Virus record (IMG/VR): IMGVR_UViG_3300032132_000748
DNA: 64,000 nt
Source of the DNA: a virus
Lineage: Duplodnaviria > Caudoviricetes
Direction: 5' to 3' (one strand)
Below, in pieces: positions 1-9,637 of this stretch. The notes under the pieces were generated by a model. That model had not been told where the DNA came from. It did no database searches and saw nothing but the letters and a program-made list of their open reading frames with translations. Position numbers and translations under genes: made by a program. Numbering within the stretch: the stretch's first letter is position 1; every line of letters starts with the position of its first letter.

Positions 1-57
1 TAATAATTCTAAGTACACAGATAAGCCTAGGCATAGAGTTAATATTACGTAGTTATT

Positions 58-810
58 ATGGGAATCAGGAACATATTCAGCCGACTATTTAGAAGCAAGT
101 CAAATATAGATAATGCTCCGCTAACACCGGAGTTAATAGAATCATTGCCTACGGCAGATGATCCTGTTTTTCATAGAGACTCAAAAAGGCTTATGCAACG
201 TTTTGATGAATACATCACAGCAGCAGAAGCTGAAAGCGAAATATTGAGTATCGAATTAGATAATACTTTGAATCAAGAAGATATACTACGAACTCAATTG
301 CAACATCTCAACAAACCTGGCTCTTGGCATGAACGTCATATTTTTCTAAAAATAGATAGACTTCAATTACATAGCACAAACCTAAAACAACGTATTGAAA
401 TTTATTCTCAAAATATAAAGATATACTTAAATTTAATTGCGAAAATTCAAGATGTAAAAGCTATGCGACTTAACGGCCTAGACCAAGAAAAGATAGAAAC
501 TATTTGGTTAGAATTTAAGGATACTCTTGAAGAGTACAGAGATAGGATTCAACACGAACAGGCTGGCTATCACAATGAGCAAGTTACTTCACAGCATCAA
601 GAAGAAAGAATTGTAGAGCTTCGAAAAGAAATCTTTCCCGAAGAAATTGAAAAAAAATCGGATCAAAAACAAGTCGTCGAATTTGAGCCAGAGCCCGAAG
701 TAATAAGACCATCTATCTCAAGTCTCATCGAGACTGAAGCTCAAGACCAGGAATTTGATATTGAGGACGATGATTACTACGAGGATGAGCAGGAGCTAGT
801 TTTAGAATAA
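58..810 (+). CDS. Coiled-coil protein with N-terminal amphipathic helix and acidic tail (possible PspA/ESCRT-III-like)
   Basis: 250-aa ORF; MGIRNIFSRLF start, long heptad region, GLDQEKIETIW segment, D/E-rich C-terminus; family is inference. Confidence 0.55.
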   Translation: MGIRNIFSRLFRSKSNIDNAPLTPELIESLPTADDPVFHRDSKRLMQRFDEYITAAEAESEILSIELDNTLNQEDILRTQLQHLNKPGSWHERHIFLKIDRLQLHSTNLKQRIEIYSQNIKIYLNLIAKIQDVKAMRLNGLDQEKIETIWLEFKDTLEEYRDRIQHEQAGYHNEQVTSQHQEERIVELRKEIFPEEIEKKSDQKQVVEFEPEPEVIRPSISSLIETEAQDQEFDIEDDDYYEDEQELVLE

Positions 811-1367
811 TGTTCATTAAAGAAGGGGATACTGTAATCCTCGTGGCAACAGAAGAACCTAACTTACGTCATTATATAGGATTAGAGTGGAAAGTTCGAG
901 CGGTCATATTTACCTACCATCCGGCGTCGGCAATCATTGTTCGAGACAATTTACAAGCTAGTTGCTATATAAAACAGCTTGAAGTTGTTCCTCCAGATCA
1001 TTGCCCTTTTGGGCACAACGAACTCGTTTCTATTAAAAAGGAAATACCAAAGGCTTCCTCCTGGGCAGCCCCCTACCATTTTCATACAGAATTGTTAGGA
1101 AAAGTAGGTCATGTTCGCGGATATGATTCAAGAAACGAGTATCTGCTCATTAGGGCAACTTCTGGAGGCGCAGGCTGGTTTCCGGTTCAGGCTCTCCTTC
1201 CCCTAGACTACAAAGGCGAAAGATTTTTTTATCCGCTCGAAACAGTTTTGTATAAGAACAAAGAACACGTCATCAGTAGGATTAAAAAATCTAGATTCAA
1301 ATGGGGTCAGCTACTGTTGATAGATGGAGAGTGGGTTCCGTCAACTGACGTTGAGCCACTCCCTTAG
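810..1367 (+). CDS. Hypothetical protein with repeated SH3/KOW-like beta units
   Basis: 185 aa, TAATG-coupled to upstream gene; IKEGDTVIL, LLGKVGHV, GWFPVQAL patterns. Confidence 0.55.
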   Translation: MFIKEGDTVILVATEEPNLRHYIGLEWKVRAVIFTYHPASAIIVRDNLQASCYIKQLEVVPPDHCPFGHNELVSIKKEIPKASSWAAPYHFHTELLGKVGHVRGYDSRNEYLLIRATSGGAGWFPVQALLPLDYKGERFFYPLETVLYKNKEHVISRIKKSRFKWGQLLLIDGEWVPSTDVEPLP

Positions 1368-1476
1368 CCCCGTCTATTGCCTCAAGCCCTTGGCTGAGGT
1401 AGTATAGATATATTAACCCACTATATGGTTTAATTTAAATGCTAGTAGTAAATAATAATTACAAAGGTAACTTGAT

Positions 1477-1764
1477 ATGGCGACATTCGAGGTCGGACTA
1501 ATCTATTCAGCACCCTCCACAAAGAAAAAAGAAAAAATTTATTTCGTTGCTATTCACGAGAAAACACTCGTAACGCACAGAAACGGTAGATTTGGTAAGT
1601 TTTCTTCTAAGAAAAAAGGACATTCGCTAGAAAGTAATATTTCAGTAGGTGATTTATGTAGACATTGGGATATTAAAGTCTCTAAGCTTGATGGATACAT
1701 GGTGGATCACTTCTCCCCTGATAATGAAGCTAGAGAGCGGGCTAAAAAGAGTCGAGATGGTTAA
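1477..1764 (+). CDS. Hypothetical protein
   Basis: 95-aa ORF in gene-dense context. Confidence 0.6.
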   Translation: MATFEVGLIYSAPSTKKKEKIYFVAIHEKTLVTHRNGRFGKFSSKKKGHSLESNISVGDLCRHWDIKVSKLDGYMVDHFSPDNEARERAKKSRDG

Positions 1765-1783
1765 TAAATAAAACATCAGACTA

Positions 1784-1812
1784 TTGACATATAGCGTTAT
1801 TTGACCTATTAT
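1784..1812 (+). promoter_or_regulatory. Sigma70-type promoter
   Basis: TTGACA-17 nt-TATTAT upstream of AGGAG and ATG 1838. Confidence 0.65.
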
Positions 1813-1837
1813 ATCTATAGTAGGAGAGTAGCGCTAT

Positions 1838-2287
1838 ATGGCACTTAAAGCAGTAAAAATAAGCACCAAAGCTCTTGGGCAATTAAACGATATAACTGCC
1901 GCCACTCCAGAAGCTCGTCAAAAGATTGGTGCTGCCCTTAATGGGGCTATAAACGATTTATGGATCAAAGTTTGCAAAGGAGAAGTTACCCTTCTTCTTT
2001 CAGATGATGAAGAATTTCTTGTGTCACCTAAATCCGAGTTTTCGCAAGACGCGAAGAATAAACTTGGTTGTTCAGGTCCTTACACAGTAGTCCAAACTTG
2101 TAAATCTTGGGTTGGGGTTTCTGAAGGTATCTACAAAATAAAAGATTGTGACGGCTTTGTTCCTGTTGCATGGTTCTCTAAAGTAGAGCCAAAAAAAGAA
2201 CAAAAGACTAACAATCTCTTAACTGTGGTTTTAGCGGTCGCCAGTTTGATTCAAAGTGGGGCGATCTTCGCTTTATTTTTACTCTAG
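1838..2287 (+). CDS. Hypothetical protein with C-terminal transmembrane helix
   Basis: AGGAG RBS; hydrophobic C-terminus. Confidence 0.7.
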   Translation: MALKAVKISTKALGQLNDITAATPEARQKIGAALNGAINDLWIKVCKGEVTLLLSDDEEFLVSPKSEFSQDAKNKLGCSGPYTVVQTCKSWVGVSEGIYKIKDCDGFVPVAWFSKVEPKKEQKTNNLLTVVLAVASLIQSGAIFALFLL

Positions 2288-2325
2288 AAATTGTTATTTT
2301 GCTATAATGATTTTGGAGTATTTAA

Positions 2326-2733
2326 ATGTATCAATTCGGTGAATTACCCTCAGACATAGATGATATGGATGACACCCTAGGACCGCCTCCAGCTTGGTTC
2401 AGGTCCGAGCAAAGCTATGTAAATCCCAGTTCTTATTATTACACTCCGGGCTATAACACTTTTTATGGTCTAGGAGATAGAGAACAGGAGCCTGAAGCAA
2501 ACCCAATTGAGGAATTGCAAGAACTTAAGTATAAGCAGGAATTAAACAGAAAAATTCCTTCTGTTGCTTACCGATACACCGCTATTGATCCTCTATCCCC
2601 GATGTTCCGCGACAGAAGAACAAAATACGGGTATGGTGGTCTGGGTGAAGATGGTAAAGCTAAAAAAGCCGTCCTACCTCTCCTAATCGCCGGTGTAGCA
2701 TTTTGGTTTTTATTTCTTAGAAAGACTGCATAA
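2326..2733 (+). CDS. Tail-anchored membrane protein with G-tag motifs (putative virion membrane protein)
   Basis: FGE, FYGLGD, YGGLGE; C-terminal TM followed by RK; TGCTATAAT and GGAG upstream. Confidence 0.7.
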   Translation: MYQFGELPSDIDDMDDTLGPPPAWFRSEQSYVNPSSYYYTPGYNTFYGLGDREQEPEANPIEELQELKYKQELNRKIPSVAYRYTAIDPLSPMFRDRRTKYGYGGLGEDGKAKKAVLPLLIAGVAFWFLFLRKTA

Positions 2734-2805
2734 CTTAGCCAACGTTGACCCTGATACATTCCTTGGTAACCTATACGTAGCCTCATAGGTTAAGGAGTGT
2801 TATTT

Positions 2806-3195
2806 ATGGCTACTAATGAAGTACCGTTTAATAGAGTTGTTGTTCCAAGCGAGGGTGGTAACCCTGGCGTTAAATTCGCTGAATTTCTCAATATTGATGA
2901 GGATAGCGAAATCACTTTTGCAGAAATGCAAAGCTACATCTACGACCGCCTGTTCCGCCTAGGAATGGTTCGTCATGTTGATGGCACTAGGGCTCGTCGC
3001 CCTCGCGCGAGAGACAGAGATGCTGCAAGGCGTCGTCGTAGTGGTGCCCGTGCTGTTACCGTAAAGGTAGGCAAAAAGGCTAAAGCTAAGACTAAAGCTA
3101 AGACTAAAGCTAAAGCTAAGACCAAAACCAAGACCAAAGGTGTCAAGGCTAAAGGTCGCAGCCGCAAAGCTAAAGCTAAAGCTAAAGCTAAATAA
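2806..3195 (+). CDS. Basic DNA-binding protein, SWIB-like N-domain plus H1-like K/A/T tail
   Basis: AAGGAG RBS 8 nt before ATG 2806; FAEFLNID..ITFAEMQSYIYD resembles SWIB; KAKAKTK repeats; followed by terminator. Confidence 0.7.
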   Translation: MATNEVPFNRVVVPSEGGNPGVKFAEFLNIDEDSEITFAEMQSYIYDRLFRLGMVRHVDGTRARRPRARDRDAARRRRSGARAVTVKVGKKAKAKTKAKTKAKAKTKTKTKGVKAKGRSRKAKAKAKAK

Positions 3196-3207
3196 CTCCT
3201 CTGTTAG

Positions 3208-3242
3208 AGAATAGCCCCTAGGTTTTCTTAGGGGCTATTTCT
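3208..3242 (+). terminator. Intrinsic terminator
   Basis: AATAGCCCCTA/TAGGGGCTATT hairpin after gene 2806. Confidence 0.75.
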
Positions 3243-3246
3243 CTGG

Positions 3247-4149
3247 GTGAAAATAATGAAAATAGAACTGATAAGTCAACGCTCGGGAATTTACGGCGGT
3301 CTTAAAAGACTTTACCGATTAGCTGCTTATTTCATCGAGGCTGGTCACGAAGCCGTTATCAATATCGATGATGGCTCTACCTGTGATTGGTTTGAACACT
3401 CCGTAACAGAGAATGTTGATATAGACCCTGATGTCAGAATCATGCCAGAAACCTGGCAAAAGCCTCACCCGACAGCTAAAAATATTCTCTACGTTCAAGC
3501 TCAGTTCGATCCTCCCGAAGATCGCTTCGATGGTATAGTCACTACTACTGATTTCCTGGCTGAAACTATTTCAGAAGAAGGCTTTGCGCCTGATTGGGTC
3601 ATCCCCTATGGTTTTGATTCTAATAAGTTCAAAGAGAGTGGGAGAGACAGAAGTAAAAACTGGCCTTGGAATCGAACTGCCTATATGCCCAGAAAAAATA
3701 AGCAGGAAGCGGACTTAGTCGAGATGCTCTATCCGGCAGACCCTACTTATGGTGCAATATTTGATCCAATAGAAGGGTGTAATGAGCAAGAAGTTATCGA
3801 GAAACTACAGAAAGCAGACATATTTCTAGCGCTATCCCGCGTCGAAGGCTTCGGAATGCCACCTTTTGAGGCTTCTTTGTGTGGCTGTTTAGTTATCGGA
3901 TATCACGGTAAAGGCGGAAGAGAATGGCTCAACTCCAACACATCCGTTATGTGTGGAAATCCTCAAGAAATTGTTGCAGCTATCGCTGACGCCGCGCAAG
4001 GTAAGCATGAACCTGAGAGACTTGCCTTGCAAGAGCTTATCAAGACGGATCTTACACTGGAAAAAGAAGCGGCTGCATGGTTAAATATTATTAATGATGT
4101 CAACGACGGAGCTAACCAAATCACAGATATTGAGGGGGAACTCGCTTAG
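3247..4149 (+). CDS. Glycosyltransferase, GT-B fold (GT4-like)
   Basis: ADIFLALSRVEGFGMPPFEASLCG (EGFG-x4-EA motif); N-terminal GG. Confidence 0.85.
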   Translation: MKIMKIELISQRSGIYGGLKRLYRLAAYFIEAGHEAVINIDDGSTCDWFEHSVTENVDIDPDVRIMPETWQKPHPTAKNILYVQAQFDPPEDRFDGIVTTTDFLAETISEEGFAPDWVIPYGFDSNKFKESGRDRSKNWPWNRTAYMPRKNKQEADLVEMLYPADPTYGAIFDPIEGCNEQEVIEKLQKADIFLALSRVEGFGMPPFEASLCGCLVIGYHGKGGREWLNSNTSVMCGNPQEIVAAIADAAQGKHEPERLALQELIKTDLTLEKEAAAWLNIINDVNDGANQITDIEGELA

Positions 4150-4801
4150 CTGGCTTCCGTTACTCCCAAAAAACCAATTTTCTCTTCTTTTAAGTGATCC
4201 TCCTTATGAAATTAGTAGAGATAATAATTTTGATTCTATGGGTCGTCGAGGAATGGATTTTGGTGAGTGGGATAAAAACTTTAATCAAACGGACTGGATC
4301 AAATTAGCGGAGCCCACTCTCAAGCCTTGGGCTAATGTAGTTATCTGGAATGACTGGAAAAAATTAGGGACTATTGCTACTTTTCTTGAAGAAGAACTAG
4401 GCTTTCAGATCAAAACAGTCTTGACGTGGATTAAATCCAACCCAAACCCTGCCAACTGTAAACGTAGATTCCTACAAGGAACAGAACACGCGATTTGGGC
4501 TGTTAAACCTGGTCCGAAAAAGAAAGGTGTATCCTGGACGTATAATGAGAGCTACCATCCTGGCTGGTTTAAGCACTCTGTCATAACTAACTCTAAACAT
4601 CCTACTAAAAAACCTGACGTAATTTTTGAAGAGATAATCAAGAAACTTACTAACCCCGGTGATTGGATCTTAGACCCTTTTGCTGGTGGGGGTACGACCG
4701 CATACGCTGCAGAAAAAACAGGTAGGCAGCACCTCTCAATTGAGCTTGACGAAGCTTATCATAAAATAGCAACGGATCATTGGGGGAAAGCTCTTGTTTA
4801 A
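4094..4801 (+). CDS. DNA N4/N6 methyltransferase, beta class
   Basis: DPPY catalytic motif first, then HPTKKP and ILDPFAGGGTT. Confidence 0.9.
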   Translation: MMSTTELTKSQILRGNSLSWLPLLPKNQFSLLLSDPPYEISRDNNFDSMGRRGMDFGEWDKNFNQTDWIKLAEPTLKPWANVVIWNDWKKLGTIATFLEEELGFQIKTVLTWIKSNPNPANCKRRFLQGTEHAIWAVKPGPKKKGVSWTYNESYHPGWFKHSVITNSKHPTKKPDVIFEEIIKKLTNPGDWILDPFAGGGTTAYAAEKTGRQHLSIELDEAYHKIATDHWGKALV

Positions 4802-5120
4802 TTTAGGTAATTTTTTAAAGGAAGCGTTTAATCCTGAAGATATCCTCTATCAAAATACGTCTAACTCATTTCTCCCGGAACTTGTGATCAGTCCTACCCT
4901 TAAAAAGGGTATAGATCAAATATCATTAGATTTTTTAACCAGTCTTTATTTTGCTTCTAAAAAATCACAATCGTTACGAGAACAGTCAGAAGTATGGTTT
5001 CTTGAAGAGATAAACCAGGGAATTCATGATGTCTATCCAAATAAATCTCGTAGAGAATACGTCGCTATATTACAACAAATTATAAAAATGTCAGATCCAG
5101 ATTATGGGACGGAGAAATAG
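4794..5120 (+). CDS. Hypothetical protein
   Basis: 108-aa ORF filling the gap between two operon genes. Confidence 0.55.
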   Translation: MFNLGNFLKEAFNPEDILYQNTSNSFLPELVISPTLKKGIDQISLDFLTSLYFASKKSQSLREQSEVWFLEEINQGIHDVYPNKSRREYVAILQQIIKMSDPDYGTEK

Positions 5121-5123
5121 ATT

Positions 5124-6095
5124 ATGGAAAGATTACTAATAACTGGTGGAGCGGGATTTATCGGTTCTAACTTTATTCACTATATGCAAAAGAAGCATAA
5201 GAAGCTTGTCATTATGAACTATGACAAACTTACCTATGCAGGTAACCTTAATAATTTAAAAGACATAGACGTAACACGATATACATTCTGTAAGGGAGAC
5301 ATAGTTCTTGAAGAGGATTTTAAGACTGCTGTTAAAGCGTTTAACCCTGATGCTATTGTTGCTTTCGCAGCAGAAAGTCACGTAGATAATTCAATTGATG
5401 ATCCTCAACTCTTTATCACTACAAACGTCTTAGGTTCTGAAAATATTTTAAGAGTTTCCAGAGATTTAGGAATTAAAAAAATAGTTCATATCTCTACTGA
5501 TGAGGTGTATGGCAGTTTAGACGCACCCATAGAAGCAAACGAAAATTTCACATTTAAACCAAATAGCCCCTATTCTGCATCCAAAACTTCTGGAGACCTT
5601 TTCTGTCGCGCCTATTATGTAACCTATGGAACTCCTGTGACTGTGATCCGTGGTAGTAATTGCTACGGGCCTCGCCAGCACCCGGAAAAACTAATTCCGA
5701 AGTCTATTACCAATCTCCTATCGGACAAGCCTGTATCGATTTACGGGGACGGTAAACAGATCAGGGAATGGATATATACCGAAGATTTCTGTAGCGGGGT
5801 AGAAACAGCTTTACTTAGAGGTAAGCCAGGAGAGGCTTATAACTTAGGTGGTGGCAAAGATAACAGAATTTTCAATTTAGACATTGCTTGTGAGTTACTC
5901 CAAAACCTTAATTTGGACAAAGAAAGTAATATTGAATATGTTGCAGACAGACCCGGCCATGACATGAGATACGCACTTAATAGTAATAAATTAAAGGCTT
6001 TAGGTTGGCAACCAAAGTATAGCCTTACTACCGGGCTCAAAAATACTGTTGAATGGTATAAGAAAAATGAGTGGTGGTGGAAACCTTTGATTTAA
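5124..6095 (+). CDS. rfbB: dTDP-glucose 4,6-dehydratase
   Basis: TGGAGFIGSNF, DKLTYAGN, AAESHVD, STDEVYG, YSASK, DRPGHDxRY. Confidence 0.95.
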   Translation: MERLLITGGAGFIGSNFIHYMQKKHKKLVIMNYDKLTYAGNLNNLKDIDVTRYTFCKGDIVLEEDFKTAVKAFNPDAIVAFAAESHVDNSIDDPQLFITTNVLGSENILRVSRDLGIKKIVHISTDEVYGSLDAPIEANENFTFKPNSPYSASKTSGDLFCRAYYVTYGTPVTVIRGSNCYGPRQHPEKLIPKSITNLLSDKPVSIYGDGKQIREWIYTEDFCSGVETALLRGKPGEAYNLGGGKDNRIFNLDIACELLQNLNLDKESNIEYVADRPGHDMRYALNSNKLKALGWQPKYSLTTGLKNTVEWYKKNEWWWKPLI

Positions 6096-6125
6096 CTTCG
6101 AATCATTTGCTATACTTAGACTATC

Positions 6126-6599
6126 ATGGGATACACTAGATTAGGACAATTAGTTCAGACTCAACAGCAGACTTATAGACAAGCCTACCGTTTCCCTCCC
6201 GTATACATGCCCTATGGACATCCCGCCGCTTATGCTGCAGCACAGCAGCGACAACAGGCTAATGTTGATCCAGAGGAAGTACAGAAGGCTATCTATAAAG
6301 ATCTCACAAAAGAGATTAAAAAAGAGCCTTCGGCTGCGGGGACGGAACCTCAGAAAATTCTAAAGCTCAGCTCGGGCCTCGAAGTTCCGCAGTATATAGT
6401 TCAAAGAGACGTTGCTAGAAAGAAGAATGATAAGTTAGCCGCCGAAGCTGCAGCTAAAGGCCCGCCTCCTGAAATTCCACCTATTTTTTACACAATAGGT
6501 GTGTTTGCATCAGAACAACCAGCGATGGCTTCGATCATAGCCGTGGGTTTGGGTGCTGTTGCGGGCAACGTTTATTTTAACTCCCGAAAAGACCATTAA
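6126..6599 (+). CDS. Tail-anchored membrane protein
   Basis: N-terminal RLGQ, Q/Y/A-rich region, C-terminal hydrophobic helix. Confidence 0.7.
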   Translation: MGYTRLGQLVQTQQQTYRQAYRFPPVYMPYGHPAAYAAAQQRQQANVDPEEVQKAIYKDLTKEIKKEPSAAGTEPQKILKLSSGLEVPQYIVQRDVARKKNDKLAAEAAAKGPPPEIPPIFYTIGVFASEQPAMASIIAVGLGAVAGNVYFNSRKDH

Positions 6600-6648
6600 T
6601 ATTTCAACATTAGTACACACTTTTGTATAATAGACTAGAGGTGTATAA

Positions 6649-8208
6649 ATGTATAGTTCTCCATTCGGATCTATTTTCGGGCAAGACGATTCTGCCCCTA
6701 AAGCTGCCCCACCCAAGGCTGTAACTAAACCTGCTCCAAAAAAGCAGTCCGCTAAAATTATGCGCGAAATGCAAGAGCGTATGGAAAGTGTGGAAAAAGA
6801 AGAGGTTTATAAACCGGGCCAAACGAAGGGCAAGGATTCTGATAAGAAAAAACTCTTTGACAACACTCTTCCCCAATTTAGAGCAGAAGTTGAGGTGGAG
6901 AGTAAAAACCCTGAAGTTCGTAACGAGCAAGCCAAGTTCGCATTAGAAAAAATGCAAACAAAGTATGCGGCTGTTAAAAGAAAACTAGCAGAACTCAAGA
7001 GAAAACATGCCTCTGCACGCCTATATAATGATATGTTGGTGCAATACACCCAATTAGACCCCCAACACAAGCAAGATATAACCGGCTGGCTTAATCAAAA
7101 TATTGATGCGGTTAAGCAACTCGCTTCAGCTAGAAAACTTAAAAAGCTGACCAAAGACACAAAAGAAGCGGCTAGGGCCACTGATTTAGAGATTAAGCAT
7201 CTTGAAAAATTATCTGAGATAAAAGATACCGGAGTTAATGTTACCGGGGGAAGAACCCTTAAGAGCTTTAGAACTAAGGGTATGAAAAAAATACAAGATT
7301 CGTCAATCTCAGCCGATACCGGCCCCCTACCTAAGCTTGGAGGAAAAGTTTCTCTCAAGGATATAGTTCGCCTAGGAAACCGAGGGGTTTCTGAAATTCA
7401 AGGCTATGGAGAGGACGTTGATGAATTCGCCAGCCAAACAGAACGACCTTCAAAAAAGATCCCTAAAAAGGAAAAAGATGTCGTTCTTACCAGAAAGCTA
7501 GCTAAGCAACTTCACAAAAAGGACAGTTTCAAAGAACTCTTTGCTAAGGGGTTGAAGGGCAAGCGATATTACATGAATCAGCGTAAGTCTCGCGGGAAGG
7601 TTGAAAGACTTGAACATGGAACAGAACTGGCTCTGCTAGATCGCATGCAAATTAAATGGAAGCTTGAAAAACTTGAGACAAGAGTTAATAAAGAGCTAAG
7701 TGCTTACAAGGATACTCAAAAATCCATAAAGGGTTTAATATCTAAAGTCAAGAATAGCGGTGTTGAAGGTGGTAAGGTTACGACAGTGATTGGGATCCTA
7801 TCTGAAGCACGCCCAGAAAAATTTGTAGCCTCCGCTACACTACTCGACGCCCTCAAGAACTCTTTCAAACAACTATCACAGCTCGGATATTTTGGTCAGG
7901 AAGCTAAAACTCCTTCACAGGAAGCTAAAACTCTTCTTGCTACCTCAGCTAAAGAGTCAGAAGACGCAATAAGAGAGCTTGAAAGCCGCCAAAATGCAGC
8001 AGCTAAGCTTAAAGCAAAAGTAGAAGATAAACCTGCCCCAGCACCTGTTAGAACGCCAACTCCTGTTATTATTATTCAAATTAAGCAAGAACTTGAACAA
8101 CAAGAACAGGCGCAGCAAAAGAAAGAAGATACAATTAAAAAAGCAGGCACCATATTTCCTCTACTAATCGGTGGACTTATCCTGTATAAGATACTGGTAG
8201 GTAACTAA
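6649..8208 (+). CDS. Large K-rich coiled-coil protein with C-terminal TM and G-tags
   Basis: 519 aa; FGSIFGQ, IQGYGE, LGYFGQ; TM IFPLLIGGLILYKIL. Confidence 0.75.
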   Translation: MYSSPFGSIFGQDDSAPKAAPPKAVTKPAPKKQSAKIMREMQERMESVEKEEVYKPGQTKGKDSDKKKLFDNTLPQFRAEVEVESKNPEVRNEQAKFALEKMQTKYAAVKRKLAELKRKHASARLYNDMLVQYTQLDPQHKQDITGWLNQNIDAVKQLASARKLKKLTKDTKEAARATDLEIKHLEKLSEIKDTGVNVTGGRTLKSFRTKGMKKIQDSSISADTGPLPKLGGKVSLKDIVRLGNRGVSEIQGYGEDVDEFASQTERPSKKIPKKEKDVVLTRKLAKQLHKKDSFKELFAKGLKGKRYYMNQRKSRGKVERLEHGTELALLDRMQIKWKLEKLETRVNKELSAYKDTQKSIKGLISKVKNSGVEGGKVTTVIGILSEARPEKFVASATLLDALKNSFKQLSQLGYFGQEAKTPSQEAKTLLATSAKESEDAIRELESRQNAAAKLKAKVEDKPAPAPVRTPTPVIIIQIKQELEQQEQAQQKKEDTIKKAGTIFPLLIGGLILYKILVGN

Positions 8209-8639
8209 TGGCAACATATGAATACGCAAGCGCCCAGACAAGCCGCCTTGGAGAATTTCAAATAGCTCAAGGAGAGCGAGCATTTGGAGAATTCGGGCAA
8301 AGTGACGTTGTCGCGGGAATTAATGCAGTCGGTAATGCAGTTAATGGCATTGTAGGCTCCATAACTAGGGCTAGTGTACTCAAAACGCAGTCCAAAGACA
8401 GACGAAAAATTGCTCTCCATGTTGCAACAGAAAACACTAAAAAACTTGATATTCAAACTAGAGGTGCGGTGGAGCAAAAAGCCATCGAAGTAGAGCAAAC
8501 TAAGGCTACCCTAGGATCAATCTCTAAGCTTGTTCTAGTGGGAGGAAGCGTATTCATAGGAGTGATAATTGCCGGGGCCGTGGCCTATAAAGTAGCGGCA
8601 GGAGACTCAGGAGAATACGACCTAGAATACGCATACTAG
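8208..8639 (+). CDS. Membrane protein, paralog 1 of triplet
   Basis: LGEF..FGEFGQ, short coil, TM, acidic Tyr tail. Confidence 0.75.
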   Translation: MATYEYASAQTSRLGEFQIAQGERAFGEFGQSDVVAGINAVGNAVNGIVGSITRASVLKTQSKDRRKIALHVATENTKKLDIQTRGAVEQKAIEVEQTKATLGSISKLVLVGGSVFIGVIIAGAVAYKVAAGDSGEYDLEYAY

Positions 8640-8648
8640 GAGGTACGG

Positions 8649-9014
8649 ATGTATGTTACAGAATCCAGCCAACTAGGTGAATTTGGTGAATTTGGAATAA
8701 TCATCCAAGGCATCGTAGCTGCCGTACAAGGAGTTACTCTAGGGGCTGCAGCGGCAGTCGAGCATCAGGGAGTCAAAAAGTATCTCAAAAAGGAAGGGCG
8801 AACTTTTCAAATAGAGAGAGACGAAGCCCTCAAAGTAACAAAGCAACATCTGGCCAATAAAGAACGTCTTTTACGCGTCCAAGGACAGATAGAACTCACA
8901 AAAGATGCAAATGTTAAGAAATTAGTTATACTAGGTAGTGTGACTTTAACTGTAGTAACTCTTGTTGGATTAGGTGCTTATTACATGGTGTCCGTGGGAG
9001 ATGACGATGAGTAA
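8649..9014 (+). CDS. Membrane protein, paralog 2 of triplet
   Basis: AGGAGG RBS; LGEFGEFG, coil, TM, GDDDE tail. Confidence 0.75.
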   Translation: MYVTESSQLGEFGEFGIIIQGIVAAVQGVTLGAAAAVEHQGVKKYLKKEGRTFQIERDEALKVTKQHLANKERLLRVQGQIELTKDANVKKLVILGSVTLTVVTLVGLGAYYMVSVGDDDE

Positions 9015-9354
9015 CTTTGGCCAAATAATGGCTATCTTTGACACAGTCAACAGAGCAGGTGCCTTAACCTCCCATACTATAATTCAGAACAAAAAACTTA
9101 AAGGTGAACAAAAACTTGCTAGCCAACGAATTTCTAGCCAAGAACGCCTATCCAAGCTCGGAATTGATTTTCAAGGGAAAGAGCTAGAAGCCAAACTAAT
9201 TATCTCTCAACGAAGAGATAAGTTATTTAAAGATATTGCCCTTTATGCTGGTATAGGTATTGGAACAATTGCTATGATAATAACAGTAGGGGTGCTTTTT
9301 GTTGGAGCAAAGAGAGAAGATCAATACGAATATATGGAGGAAATAGTAGTTTAA
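9007..9354 (+). CDS. Membrane protein, paralog 3 of triplet
   Basis: Probable start ATG 9007 after GGAG; NFGQ, coil, TM, acidic tail. Confidence 0.7.
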   Translation: MSNFGQIMAIFDTVNRAGALTSHTIIQNKKLKGEQKLASQRISSQERLSKLGIDFQGKELEAKLIISQRRDKLFKDIALYAGIGIGTIAMIITVGVLFVGAKREDQYEYMEEIVV

Positions 9355-9597
9355 ATGGCCTATTATGAAACATTTGGAGGGTTTGGAAAAGGTTTCGCAC
9401 CGCCGCCCCCACCACCACCAGAGGACCCTACCGCGCCTACCATCACTCCTGAAGAGGAGGCTGCAATATTGCAAGCTACTCTTCCCATCCCAGAGCCAGA
9501 ACCTAGTTTTCTGCGGCGTAATGCTGTTCCACTTTTTGTCGGGGGCGGGATTCTAGTCCTAGGTACCGTAGGCATGCTCTTAATGATCAGAGTATAA
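9355..9597 (+). CDS. Pro-rich tail-anchored membrane protein
   Basis: GGAGG RBS; FGGFG, poly-Pro, C-terminal TM. Confidence 0.7.
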   Translation: MAYYETFGGFGKGFAPPPPPPPEDPTAPTITPEEEAAILQATLPIPEPEPSFLRRNAVPLFVGGGILVLGTVGMLLMIRV

Positions 9598-9637
9598 AAA
9601 CCTTGTACCTAGTTTCTATTTTTGGTAAAATACTGTT

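Noticed and set aside
4094-5120. Restriction-modification system
   Set aside because: No recognisable endonuclease motif next to the methylase; treated as an orphan methylase.
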